From Patescibacteria group bacterium (GTDB lineage Bacteria; Patescibacteriota; Minisyncoccia; 2-02-FULL-40-12), in the NCBI GenBank assembly GCA_038062015.1, contig JBBTXZ010000004.1, positions 1 through 57,066 on the forward strand: a stretch of DNA of 57,066 nt, written 5' to 3'. The notes under the pieces were generated by a model that was given only the letters and a program-made list of their open reading frames with translations, was not told where the DNA came from and searched no databases. The position numbers were made by a program, and so were the translations under genes. Of this stretch, positions 26,001-34,037 are shown piece after piece (within the stretch, counting starts at the first letter, position 1; every line of letters begins with the position of its first letter).

Positions 26001-26165
26001 GCCAAAAGAAGAGTCTTTATCACTCTAGCCCGCTCGCGCAACATTTTCGGCACTTCTTCGCAAGGTATTTCGTCACGGTTTTTAGATGAAATTCCAAAAG
26101 AAGTAGTTGAACTTAATTCTGATTTTGATTCTTTTGACGAAAAAAGGATTACTGACTATATTTAA
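23019..26165 (+). CDS. pcrA: PcrA/UvrD-type DNA helicase interrupted by an intein
   Basis: AGPGSGKT (motif I). LLVDE / [intein] / CQDTN (motif II, split). Motifs III-VI downstream (VGDVDQSIY; NYRS; MTLHSAKGLEF; LCYVGITRAK). Confidence 0.93.
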   Translation: MSDEQILKDLNQNQIEAVKAVEGPVLIIAGPGSGKTATLTRRVAYMISIEIKPENILCITFTNKAAQEMKERIQNLLGRLTATPLVGTFHSICAKILRNEAKILGFTKNFTIYDGEDQLSLIKKTMETLGFSQKNFNPYSILNRISKLKSGLAYSESYDFSDGNYYEKIVGQIYNAYQKELKTANAMDFDDLIMLTVELFEKNPQILKKYQSQFKYLLVDECLPYNTPILLADGSKKVIGDIVKNKESLPVLTYNLKTRQQELKKIVGWKEIPAKGKRFYKIVVAKRCHKRNRYKTKYKKSTIRTLFCTDNHKIFANGKFVKTAELKVGDRLQWESSFTKPNMKFCNKCKKIFQTYKLHEARHEAFKRKNCELCGVVYKSRFQLKIHLEKHKNPEFKRNYSLSPAGLSVLQNRMLTDNPMNYPEIKAKAGKSRSDFWKNLSPQERDEKLQRFINLPVFSYYKPPTKPEKIIQSFGFNDLIYSGKGKVWVTFKNGQHKCPDFILKNQRKVIEVADLEYWHTEEEMNLLKNRYSQIGFKTLILDAKEVVDSPDEIKKEIQKFIEDCPTEVEIIDIEKLKNVNEKFVYDIEVEDNHNFYANGILVHNCQDTNIAQYHFAKLLAQKYRNIFTVGDVDQSIYMWRSADFRNMLNFEKDFPEAKIIRLEQNYRSTKAILAAGQGLIQNNIYRHQKGLWTENSEGEKISIAQLDDEKEESRFIIEKMKKLIQKGYKLKDFVILYRTHAQSRPIEEEFLTQGFPYKIIGALKFYERKEIKDILAYLRILANPNDFVSLQRIYNVPTRGIGKASFVRFADFMRKNKLNLSDALLKAKEIKELPTKARFSLYSFGKTLEKMKEKAKDYGLTKLIKFIVSEIGYKEYLDTKSEEGYMRWENVKELLTVAKKHDKLKTNEAMNKFLEEVALIQETDPIRARTSNGAGNLDEIDKVQLMTLHSAKGLEFPIVFLVGAEEGLLPHSKSLSNPIELEEERRLCYVGITRAKRRVFITLARSRNIFGTSSQGISSRFLDEIPKEVVELNSDFDSFDEKRITDYI
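23682..24830 (+). mobile_element. intein (383 aa) in helicase motif II with a non-LAGLIDADG endonuclease insert
   Basis: Starts with Cys (CLPYNTPILLADGS, block A). TDNHKIF (block B). FVYDIEVEDNHNFYANGILVHN (blocks F/G), followed by +1 Cys. The 1149-nt length is in frame. The removed sequence reconstitutes VDE-CQDTN, compared with the canonical VDE(F/Y)QDTN. Confidence 0.88.
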
Positions 26166-26191
26166 CGAACGCTCTTCCGGAAGAGTGTTCG
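26166..26191 (+). terminator. hairpin terminator after pcrA (weak U-tract)
   Basis: CGAACGCTCTTC-CG-GAAGAGTGTTCG. Confidence 0.45.
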
Positions 26192-26431
26192 TTGTCTCCT
26201 ATTCTCTAATAAAAAAGATTATAAAAAATGTTCCTGTTGCGAAAAAAGCATCAAAATTACTTTATATAAAAATAAGACTTACCGCAGTGGGCATTACTTT
26301 TACTTAGAATACTGGGAATGTCCAAAATGTTATTAGGGAAGAAAAAAATCTTCTAAAAGCAAAACTTCTGTAAAAAACGTCTACCAAGAAGCAACCCAGG
26401 AGCGATACCCTCATAATTAAGTCTGGTGTTA

Positions 26432-26465
26432 TGAATTATATTACACGTGTAATATAATTCAGTAG
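26432..26465. repeat. 34-bp element, copy 1 (contains a perfect 28-bp palindrome GAATTATATTACAC|GTGTAATATAATTC)
   Basis: Read directly. 31 of 34 positions identical to copy 2. Confidence 0.9.
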
Positions 26466-26476
26466 TACCTTACAAG

Positions 26477-27073
26477 ATGAAATACGGTGAAATAAGAACC
26501 AGAAATAAACAAAAAAGTTTTATATTTAACTTGCTAAAATCGATGGCCGTCGCAGGTTCATTTTTAATTGCCGCATCAAATAAACGTTTTTGGCTTAACT
26601 TTTATCTAAACCACCATAAAGAACTTAATAGATACAAAAAGATAAAAGAAAAACGAAAAATTTATAATGCTATAGCGTATTTAAAACAAAAGAAATTTTT
26701 AGATATTGCTGAAAAACAAAATGGGATAATAGTTAAAATAACTACAAAAGGATATGAAGTTATTGAATTCTACGAATCGCTAGAAAAAATGAAGATTAAA
26801 AGACCAAAAAGTTGGGATAGAAAATTCCGATTAGTGATTTTTGATATTCCGGCTAAAAAACAGGGTGCCCGAGCCGTCTTTATCCAAAAGTTAAAAGAGA
26901 TGGGATTTTATATGTTCCAAGAAAGTATTTGGGTTCATCCCTATGATTGCATAAGTGAAATAGCTACTTTAAGAAAGCTATTTGAAATAGAACAGTATGT
27001 AAAAATTATGACGACCGAAGCCATAGAAGAAGAATATAAATTATTAAGACACTTCAAACTGCTGAACTACTGA
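26477..27073 (+). CDS. PaaX-like / winged-helix plus Cas2-like-fold putative regulator
   Basis: WDRKFRLVIFDIPAKKQGARAVFIQKLKEMGFYMFQESIWVHPYDC matches the PaaX-C/Cas2-like module common in CPR. A wHTH-like segment precedes it (AIAYLKQKKFLDI...KITTKGYE). Confidence 0.65.
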   Translation: MKYGEIRTRNKQKSFIFNLLKSMAVAGSFLIAASNKRFWLNFYLNHHKELNRYKKIKEKRKIYNAIAYLKQKKFLDIAEKQNGIIVKITTKGYEVIEFYESLEKMKIKRPKSWDRKFRLVIFDIPAKKQGARAVFIQKLKEMGFYMFQESIWVHPYDCISEIATLRKLFEIEQYVKIMTTEAIEEEYKLLRHFKLLNY

Positions 27074-27104
27074 ATTAGATTACAGGTGTAATTTAATTCA
27101 GTAG
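27071..27104. repeat. 34-bp element, copy 2 (imperfect palindrome)
   Basis: TGAATTAGATTACAGGTGTAATTTAATTCAGTAG. Overlaps the stop codon of the regulator and abuts the GGAGGG SD of rsmA. Confidence 0.9.
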
Positions 27105-27119
27105 GAGGGCTACCGGGAA

Positions 27120-27953
27120 ATGACTTTGCCGATTATACCTAAAAAATCACTGGGCCAGAATTTTTTGGTAAATCCACGGGTGCTGGATAAAATTGTGGCA
27201 GCGGCGGAAATAACCAAAGACGATATTGTTTTGGAAGTTGGCCCGGGGACAGGAAATCTGACCAAAAAGTTAGCCGAAAAAACCGGTCGAGTTATTGCCA
27301 TAGAAAAAGACCGGCAGCTTATTGGATTTTTAAAAAATAAACTTTCGGAAAACTCTGCGATCGCTGAAAAGTCAGAAATTATTGAAGGCGATGTTTTAAA
27401 AATTAACTTTAGTGATTTAAAAATAAAAGAGGATTACAAAATTGTCGCCAATATCCCCTATTACATTACTTCGCGATTTTTACGGAAAATTTTTACCGAG
27501 TGGCCAAGGCCAAAACTCATAGTTCTCATAATCCAAAAAGAGGTCGCCCAAAGAATCATGGCTTCACCCCCACACTCAAAATTGAGTGTGGGGGCAAGCC
27601 GCCCTCATATGAACCTCCTTGCTTTATCGGTTCAATTCTTCGCCGAACCGAAAATCATTAATTATGTTTCTAAAAACAATTTCCGGCCGCGGCCTAAAGT
27701 TGATTCGGCTATCATTAAACTGACGCCGAAACCTAAATTCTATATTCTAAATTCTAAATTCTTCTTCAATATCGTCCGGGCCGGGTTTTCGCAGAAAAGG
27801 AAACTTTTAATCAGCAATCTTGTTGCCAAGCTCAAAATTAAAAAAGAGGATGCTGTAAAAATCTTTGCCAAATTTGGAATTGATGAAAAATCCAGAGCTG
27901 AAAACCTTGGCTTGGATGATTGGATAAAACTGGCAAAAATTATTAAAATGTAA
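27120..27953 (+). CDS. rsmA: 16S rRNA (adenine1518/1519-N6)-dimethyltransferase
   Basis: SLGQNFL, EVGPGTGNLT, NIPYYITS motifs. Confidence 0.93.
   Translation: MTLPIIPKKSLGQNFLVNPRVLDKIVAAAEITKDDIVLEVGPGTGNLTKKLAEKTGRVIAIEKDRQLIGFLKNKLSENSAIAEKSEIIEGDVLKINFSDLKIKEDYKIVANIPYYITSRFLRKIFTEWPRPKLIVLIIQKEVAQRIMASPPHSKLSVGASRPHMNLLALSVQFFAEPKIINYVSKNNFRPRPKVDSAIIKLTPKPKFYILNSKFFFNIVRAGFSQKRKLLISNLVAKLKIKKEDAVKIFAKFGIDEKSRAENLGLDDWIKLAKIIKM
27734..27761. repeat. heptamer tandem array TAAATTC/TATATTC/TAAATTC/TAAATTC inside rsmA
   Basis: Read directly. Encodes KPKFYILNSKFFF. Confidence 0.8.
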
Positions 27954-27956
27954 AAG

Positions 27957-28532
27957 ATGCCCCAGAAAAATATCGCTCTCCTAATAATCCTGTCTGCCGC
28001 AGTTTTAGCGTTAAGTATTTCGGGAAAATTAAACACCACATCTTCGCGGCCGGCTCAATACATTAAGCCGAAGATAACCAAAACTCAAAAACCAAATCTT
28101 TTACCGTTGGATTCTCCGGTGTCCATAATCAAAGAAATCAAAGAATTTTTATCTCCTTCCCCAGAACCTCAAACTCCCCTGTCTTCATCTGTTTCGGCAA
28201 GCGAATCTTTTGAATCAGTAGAAAAGCTCCAGCAATCATTAAACATATCTTTAGATCTAACCGGCGGCATTCCTTTTGGTGGTAGAGTCTTAGATGTACA
28301 GTCATGCGACTCTTTGTGCTTTTCTCCTTATGACATGATAACTGTCGGCCCCCCTGTGGGCGGAACCTTTCTTGTCGGTCCAACAACAATATATAGAGAA
28401 TATGATTACTCAGTAGGTAATTGGGTATTGGGATTAGCTAATGGTTTTGGCGTGTGTCTTGTTTTAGCATTTGATGAATGTGTCTCAATCGGAGCAGGCC
28501 CAGTTGTAGATATAATGGGCACAAGTAATTAG
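27957..28532 (+). CDS. secreted/anchored protein, first gene of the secretion-like cluster
   Basis: N-terminal hydrophobic helix IALLIILSAAVLALSISG, Ser/Pro-rich linker, Gly/Cys-containing C-terminal domain. No family recognised. Confidence 0.55.
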   Translation: MPQKNIALLIILSAAVLALSISGKLNTTSSRPAQYIKPKITKTQKPNLLPLDSPVSIIKEIKEFLSPSPEPQTPLSSSVSASESFESVEKLQQSLNISLDLTGGIPFGGRVLDVQSCDSLCFSPYDMITVGPPVGGTFLVGPTTIYREYDYSVGNWVLGLANGFGVCLVLAFDECVSIGAGPVVDIMGTSN

Positions 28533-28632
28533 GGAACAGATATTCACAGTTTTTAAGATAATTATTAACAAAAGTGCTATAATAAATCTTAAGGTCTAGA
28601 ACTACAAAAAGTAGTAATTTTAACATATTAAA

Positions 28633-29559
28633 ATGCCGACAAAGATAAAAATTCTGCTTTTCACGATGATTGCCGGGGCCGGTCTGATTGTTGCCTCTAC
28701 TTTCTTAAATTTGAGAGATTTTGCCAATTTTGGAGTAAACATTGGCCAAATAATAGATGATCAGGGGAATGGTTTTGATTCTAATGGTCAATTTAATGAT
28801 CAAAATGATCAAAAGGTTAGTCCAAATAAAATCCAGACAATCAAAAGCGATATAGACCAAGACGGCTTGCCTGACGAGGAAGAACCGCTTTACCGTACCG
28901 ACCCCTTAAATAAAGACACTGACGGCGACGGCTTTTTGGACGGCGAAGAAGTGGCGGCCGGGTGCAGTCCCATTTCCGCTTCGCCCAAAGACTGTAATCT
29001 CAAACCCAGGTTTAGCCAGTCAAACGTCAATCTCACGGACTATTTTTCTTCCCTTATTGTCGGCGGATTTTTATCTAACGACTTAAACGAATCCAATCCT
29101 AATTTTCAAAACTACATAGATAATTTGGCGAATGAAGCATTGCAAATACAAAAAACTGTCCTTTATGTTGATGAATCTGATTTCAGTATTGAAACAGGCA
29201 CTGATACCTCAAAAATTACAAACAAAGAATACCTAAATAACTTAGAAGTTGCTCTTAATAAATATTTCTTTAAAAAAAGTAGTGGAGCAGAAATAAACAA
29301 AATAAGCGATTTTGATTTTTCTCCTTATCTTAATGATTTAGGAAACCTCTACGAAGAACTTATAAAAATCAAACCGCCGCCAAACTGGATTGAAACTCAT
29401 AAAAAACTAACTAAATTTATCCTTGAACTTAAAACCTACTTTACCAATCTTGATAACCAGAATGAAGATCCAATAAAAACTCTCTTAACTTTAAAAAATA
29501 CACAAAAATTACTTGATGATTACGAAAAATTAATTGAAGAAATTTATGGAACTAAATAG
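28633..29559 (+). CDS. membrane-anchored protein with thrombospondin type-3-like Ca-binding repeats
   Basis: TM helix, then DQDGLPDEEE...DTDGDGFLDGEE acidic DxDxDG repeats. Confidence 0.6.
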   Translation: MPTKIKILLFTMIAGAGLIVASTFLNLRDFANFGVNIGQIIDDQGNGFDSNGQFNDQNDQKVSPNKIQTIKSDIDQDGLPDEEEPLYRTDPLNKDTDGDGFLDGEEVAAGCSPISASPKDCNLKPRFSQSNVNLTDYFSSLIVGGFLSNDLNESNPNFQNYIDNLANEALQIQKTVLYVDESDFSIETGTDTSKITNKEYLNNLEVALNKYFFKKSSGAEINKISDFDFSPYLNDLGNLYEELIKIKPPPNWIETHKKLTKFILELKTYFTNLDNQNEDPIKTLLTLKNTQKLLDDYEKLIEEIYGTK

Positions 29560-30499
29560 AACAAAAAAAATAGCCTTATTAACAATTTATGTTTTTACCG
29601 GATTTTTATTTTTCAACAATGAATCAAAAAGCCAGCAAGTCGTGCCGGTTGAAGACGCGGAAGTCATAAATCTGCTCAAACAATTAGTCAGAAAAGAATA
29701 CGAATTGGATCCGAAGGCAAGGGGCGTAGCCAGAGAGACTTTGGATTCGGTGTCTAATTACATAATTGATGTGGTCAAAGCCATGGGCAGAAAAGGCGAC
29801 ATAAACGAGACCGGTGAGCTTAATGTCTTCGTAGACAACTGGAGGAATTTCGCTCTTGAAGGGCAGTATCGGGCCGAAGACTTATGGAGAGGAATTTTGT
29901 ATGCTGCCGCTTACGGAGACGAAGAATTGGATATCCCGCCGCTTATCTGCGACCACATCAGAAACAGCCCGGCCTTCAGAAGCCTTTTGCCGACTAAGGT
30001 GGATGATTTGATCCAAAGTGGAATCAAAAGAAAAGTAGGAACTTTAGAGGAATATCTTGTCAGTTCCAAATGCGACTCCTTTGTCAATGAAAATTATGAA
30101 ACTTTTATGAATGATTTTTCAGCCGGCGGGGGCTGGGATATGTGGGAAAAACTGCTTGAACCGCAAAACAACATCTTCGGAGCAGTGGACTTAGCAATTG
30201 ATGAACTCGGCCGCCAGAGACAGATTGAAGAACAATCAGATCTTCAGGAAGCCAATTCCGGTTCAGGATATTTGGGCCGAAGACAATGCTTGGCTACCGG
30301 CCCGGCTGGCCAGTGCGTAATCTGGAGCAATATAAACATTCCGGCTGATGTGGCTGTGGCGGCTTTGGGCGCGGTGATAAACCAAAACTTGGCTCTCATT
30401 TCCGGGGCTGATGAATTCGAGGAAGACAGGGAAGCGAATCAAATAAACATTGTTGACATAATGGAACGAATTTTCGGCGAAGCCGCGAGATTAAGATAG
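29534..30499 (+). CDS. exported protein of the cluster, function unknown
   Basis: N-terminal hydrophobic segment IALLTIYVFTGFLFF. Overlaps the upstream gene, suggesting translational coupling. Confidence 0.55.
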   Translation: MKKFMELNRTKKIALLTIYVFTGFLFFNNESKSQQVVPVEDAEVINLLKQLVRKEYELDPKARGVARETLDSVSNYIIDVVKAMGRKGDINETGELNVFVDNWRNFALEGQYRAEDLWRGILYAAAYGDEELDIPPLICDHIRNSPAFRSLLPTKVDDLIQSGIKRKVGTLEEYLVSSKCDSFVNENYETFMNDFSAGGGWDMWEKLLEPQNNIFGAVDLAIDELGRQRQIEEQSDLQEANSGSGYLGRRQCLATGPAGQCVIWSNINIPADVAVAALGAVINQNLALISGADEFEEDREANQINIVDIMERIFGEAARLR

Positions 30500-30519
30500 T
30501 GACCGAAATTTAAAATTCC

Positions 30520-32652
30520 GTGAAATATAAAACAAAAAATAAATTTTTATTATTAGCCTTTTTTTCATTAACCTTCTTCTTTATTTTCACTTATGAAGCC
30601 AAGGCGGTGGCTCCATGGCTCATATACCTCGGCATATCGGCCGGCATCCCTCTGCTTTTAGGAACCCTTAAAGCCATTATCTCGGTAACCGCATTCATAA
30701 CTATTATCGGCGGCGTTCACTTCCTGGCTGGCCAGCTCATTACCGCAGGCATCAATTTCCAAACTGCCCTGTTAGACCCCGAAAAAATCACGGTCATCCA
30801 AAGTGTTTGGACAATACTGCGGGATTTCGTAAATATCTTTTTTATTCTGATTCTTCTGGTCATTGCTTTCGCCACTATTTTTAACATCAAGAACTATAAA
30901 GCCAGCGATTTACTTCCAAACCTGATTATCGCCGCCTTGCTTATAAACTTCGGCTTAGTGATAACGGTCTGGGTAATAGACCTTCTCTGGGTCCCGGCAA
31001 GCGTATTTTTAAGACCCCTTGGCCCGGATATTGGCGGCCAAATAGCCAATGTCTTGAACATCCAAAAGTTTTTTGACCCGGGTTTTATTGCCGGCATATT
31101 TTCCGGAGGAGTTTCAGAAACCGTTGAATGGATATTTAGAGGAGTTCTTTTCATGGTTGAGGCCTTTATCTTTGCCTGGATTGCCCTGATTATCTGGGCA
31201 AGGATTCCGGTACTCATCGGACTTATGATCATATCCCCGATTGCCTGGCTGGGCTATACTCTTCCGGCCATAAGAAAACAAAGCTGGGATGCCTGGTGGT
31301 CAAAACTATTTTGCTGGGGAGCAATCCCCATCCCTCTTTTGGGACTGATTTACTTTGTAACTTTATTCAACCAAAGATTAAACGCGGAAATAGGCCGAGC
31401 GGTTCCGGCTTCTGTTTTAAATTCTGCTCTGTCTTTTATAGGGTTTAATACCAGCCAAGCCATTGTCTGGATAATGACGGTCGGGCTCTTTTTGGGAGGA
31501 TTAATGTACGTGAAGGGCCTTTCCTGCAGCATGTACGGCTTGGTAACCCTCGGTTTTGGAAAAACCTGGGGCGGAATCAGGCGCGGCGTGGGCGGGGCAG
31601 TTGATTTGAGTTACCAGGCATTTGGAGTCAAAGGGGCCGTTGGCCGGGTTCAAGAAAGAATGTCTAAAGAGGGGTACCCGCTTCCATTTTTCGGTAGAAG
31701 GCTTGGAACAACGGCCAGGGAAGCAAGGGAAGCAAGAGTTGAAGATTATCTTGCTAAAGGTCTTGGTCTCCCCACGACTTTGGCAAGCCAAAGGAATCTA
31801 TTAGATAATGAAGAAAAAGCACGCAGAGATATTGATAATAGATTTAAACAGGCCAGAACTGTTGATGAAACGAATCAGATTATAGCTGAACTAAGAACCA
31901 AAATTGAAGGAGGCGCCAAAGACCCAGAGACACTTGCCGCCATTAATACTCTGGCTAAGAAAGGAGAATTGGATGTAGGTCTATTCAATAAAGCTGTAGA
32001 TAACTTTAAAGATATGCCGCTGGCTTTAAGTAAAGTTATATCCGAATGGAAAGAAGGCAAATTCGGCGGCTTGGCAAAAGCAGAAGACCTGCTGACTATT
32101 CTTAAAGATAACCGCCTCGGCCGCGAAGCCAAAGCCCTTGGTTACGCTTTTGTAGCTTCCAAAGACGGAAGTAAAGTAGCCGAAAAAATGACGCTTGATG
32201 ATTACAGCAAGGGCTATCAAATTTTAGGCAGAAACACCAAAGAAGGAAGGGAGTTTAAGAAAAACATTGGTAAATTAAAACCTCCTATGGTCGCTGAATA
32301 TAACTGGACGCATAGAACAGAAGAATTTGAACCGGATAAAATGCCAATAGATATGGCTGATACGGTCTTGAAACAAATTGAGGGGGCCAGCGCAAAAGAT
32401 TTTGCCGAATACGATAAAAATGCGTGGGATGACCGGAATTTCCGTGCCGGCTTAACCAAATTGTTAATTGAAAAAAGAAAACAAATACCCGGTTCGGAAA
32501 GGAAATTCAAACAAGAATTGGCAAAAAGGTTCATCAGGGAAGGCAAAGGAAAACAGTTAAAAGCTCTAAATGAAATAAGCCCTGTGTCTATGAGAGAAGT
32601 AGCGATGGGAGAACCGCCCGAAGAAACAGAAGGCGAAGGAACAACCTTATAA
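30520..32652 (+). CDS. polytopic membrane protein, VirB6/TrbL-like candidate channel subunit with long cytoplasmic tail
   Basis: Many hydrophobic helices in the first ~370 aa, then a ~340-aa Lys/Glu-rich tail. GTG start. Assignment rests on position next to PrgI/VirB4 genes, so it is topology-based only. Confidence 0.55.
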   Translation: MKYKTKNKFLLLAFFSLTFFFIFTYEAKAVAPWLIYLGISAGIPLLLGTLKAIISVTAFITIIGGVHFLAGQLITAGINFQTALLDPEKITVIQSVWTILRDFVNIFFILILLVIAFATIFNIKNYKASDLLPNLIIAALLINFGLVITVWVIDLLWVPASVFLRPLGPDIGGQIANVLNIQKFFDPGFIAGIFSGGVSETVEWIFRGVLFMVEAFIFAWIALIIWARIPVLIGLMIISPIAWLGYTLPAIRKQSWDAWWSKLFCWGAIPIPLLGLIYFVTLFNQRLNAEIGRAVPASVLNSALSFIGFNTSQAIVWIMTVGLFLGGLMYVKGLSCSMYGLVTLGFGKTWGGIRRGVGGAVDLSYQAFGVKGAVGRVQERMSKEGYPLPFFGRRLGTTAREAREARVEDYLAKGLGLPTTLASQRNLLDNEEKARRDIDNRFKQARTVDETNQIIAELRTKIEGGAKDPETLAAINTLAKKGELDVGLFNKAVDNFKDMPLALSKVISEWKEGKFGGLAKAEDLLTILKDNRLGREAKALGYAFVASKDGSKVAEKMTLDDYSKGYQILGRNTKEGREFKKNIGKLKPPMVAEYNWTHRTEEFEPDKMPIDMADTVLKQIEGASAKDFAEYDKNAWDDRNFRAGLTKLLIEKRKQIPGSERKFKQELAKRFIREGKGKQLKALNEISPVSMREVAMGEPPEETEGEGTTL

Positions 32653-32659
32653 ATTTAAA

Positions 32660-33127
32660 ATGCCTGTTACTTTAGAAGAAGCACAAATTTACGACCCTTA
32701 TGAAGCATATGTTAATCAAATAATTGATGATGGTTTTAAATATGACCAGTTGCATAAAAAACTTGCGTCTCTTCCGGAAAACTTGCTTGATTTTATCTTT
32801 TCTCCGGAACTAGCTGAATTTATCAAAGATAAAATTGTCGCTCCTTTCAACCTGAATAAACAACAAACAAAAGAAACCGCTAAGGTAGTTCTGGAACTTA
32901 TTTTAACCGACATATACTTAGGCAATATTGTAAGTGAGGTTCAAGGACGCTTAGCAATCGATGACCAAAAAGCCAAAACCATTGCCGGTTTAATCGTTGC
33001 CGAGCTCTTCGCCCCGATCCTGGAAGATCTGAAAAAAATGCATATAGAAAAATTTGCGAAAAATATACCGTTGCAATCGCAACAGCAAGGCGATGATAGA
33101 ACGGTTGACCTTAGAAATAATTTATGA
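32660..33127 (+). CDS. small soluble protein of the cluster, function unknown
   Basis: ORF tightly packed between cluster genes. Confidence 0.5.
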   Translation: MPVTLEEAQIYDPYEAYVNQIIDDGFKYDQLHKKLASLPENLLDFIFSPELAEFIKDKIVAPFNLNKQQTKETAKVVLELILTDIYLGNIVSEVQGRLAIDDQKAKTIAGLIVAELFAPILEDLKKMHIEKFAKNIPLQSQQQGDDRTVDLRNNL

Positions 33128-33420
33128 GATTCCAAGTTCCTCAATTCATTGAAACAGAAACCAAGATAGTCGGGCCGCTCACCTGGAAACAGTTTATCTG
33201 GGTGGCTTTGGGCGTCGGATTGCTCTTAATATTTTTCAGATTTCTAACCGGATTCTGGCTGATTTTTATCTCCATGATTGTGATAGCAGTTTTCGGAGCC
33301 TTGGCTTTCCTTAGAATAGAAGAGATGAGTTTGATAGAATATCTGATGAAGGCCCTAAGTTATGCCTTAGGACCAAAAAAATATCTTTTCAAAAAAGACA
33401 ATGACCAACGCTTCAACTAA
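33124..33420 (+). CDS. PrgI-family / VirB3-like small membrane protein
   Basis: MRFQVPQFIETETKIVGPLTWKQFIW followed by two TM helices, the characteristic PrgI N-terminus. Confidence 0.7.
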   Translation: MRFQVPQFIETETKIVGPLTWKQFIWVALGVGLLLIFFRFLTGFWLIFISMIVIAVFGALAFLRIEEMSLIEYLMKALSYALGPKKYLFKKDNDQRFN

Positions 33421-34030
33421 ACAATTCGTAGAAATACAAGAAATCAGAAACGAAACTTTAATCCTCAAAGACGGGTCTTTACGCCAAGTAATCAAAGTCG
33501 GCTCAACTAATTTTGAGTTGAAGTCCCAAGACGAACAGCTGGCCATTTTAGCCGGCTTTCGGGATTTTTTGAATGCCCTTGATTTCTCTTTGGAAATTAT
33601 GGTGATGTCCCGAAAATTGAATATAGGCAAGTATTTGGAATTATTGAATCAAATAGCCGAAGCCCAGCAAAACGAACTGATGAGGATCCAAGCAATTGAG
33701 TATTCCAAATTCATAAAAGAACTGACCCAATTAGCTAATATCATGGCCAAAGATTTTTTTGTGGTTATCCCTTTCTATATCGGACTAAAAACCAAGGGGG
33801 GAATTATTCAGAGTTTAAAAAACATTTTTAAACCGGCTCAAATCGTAAAACAACTGACTGCCGAAGAGTTTGATTCATACAAATCCCAGTTAAGCCAAAG
33901 GGTTGACTTGGTTTATGAAAACTTAGCCGGCTTGGGACTGGGAGCGAAAATTTTACAGCAAGACGAGTTGGTTAATCTTTATTATCGGTTTTACAATCCA
34001 GAGGTGATTGAAGGAATTAAATACCAATAA
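33401..34030 (+). CDS. conjugation/T4SS-associated protein (resembles the separate N-terminal module found with Gram-positive VirB4 ATPases)
   Basis: FVEIQEIRNETLILKDGSLRQVIKVGSTNFELKSQDEQLAILAGFRDFLNALDF pattern. Overlaps the prgI-like gene. Confidence 0.5.
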   Translation: MTNASTKQFVEIQEIRNETLILKDGSLRQVIKVGSTNFELKSQDEQLAILAGFRDFLNALDFSLEIMVMSRKLNIGKYLELLNQIAEAQQNELMRIQAIEYSKFIKELTQLANIMAKDFFVVIPFYIGLKTKGGIIQSLKNIFKPAQIVKQLTAEEFDSYKSQLSQRVDLVYENLAGLGLGAKILQQDELVNLYYRFYNPEVIEGIKYQ

Positions 34031-34037
34031 TTAGATC

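Noticed and set aside
26166-26337. A 57-codon open frame directly continuing the pcrA frame after its TAA, ending in a CxxC...CxxC zinc-ribbon-like peptide (CSCCEKS...ECPKCY).
   Set aside because: It has no start codon of its own. Sharing the pcrA frame has a 1-in-3 chance expectation. The pcrA terminator hairpin lies inside it. It is more likely a decayed gene remnant than programmed readthrough.
4251-27761. The tandem heptamer arrays as a possible CRISPR array or minisatellite locus.
   Set aside because: The units are 7 nt with no spacers. The arrays are about 28-56 nt long and lie inside conserved CDS, so they do not have CRISPR architecture.
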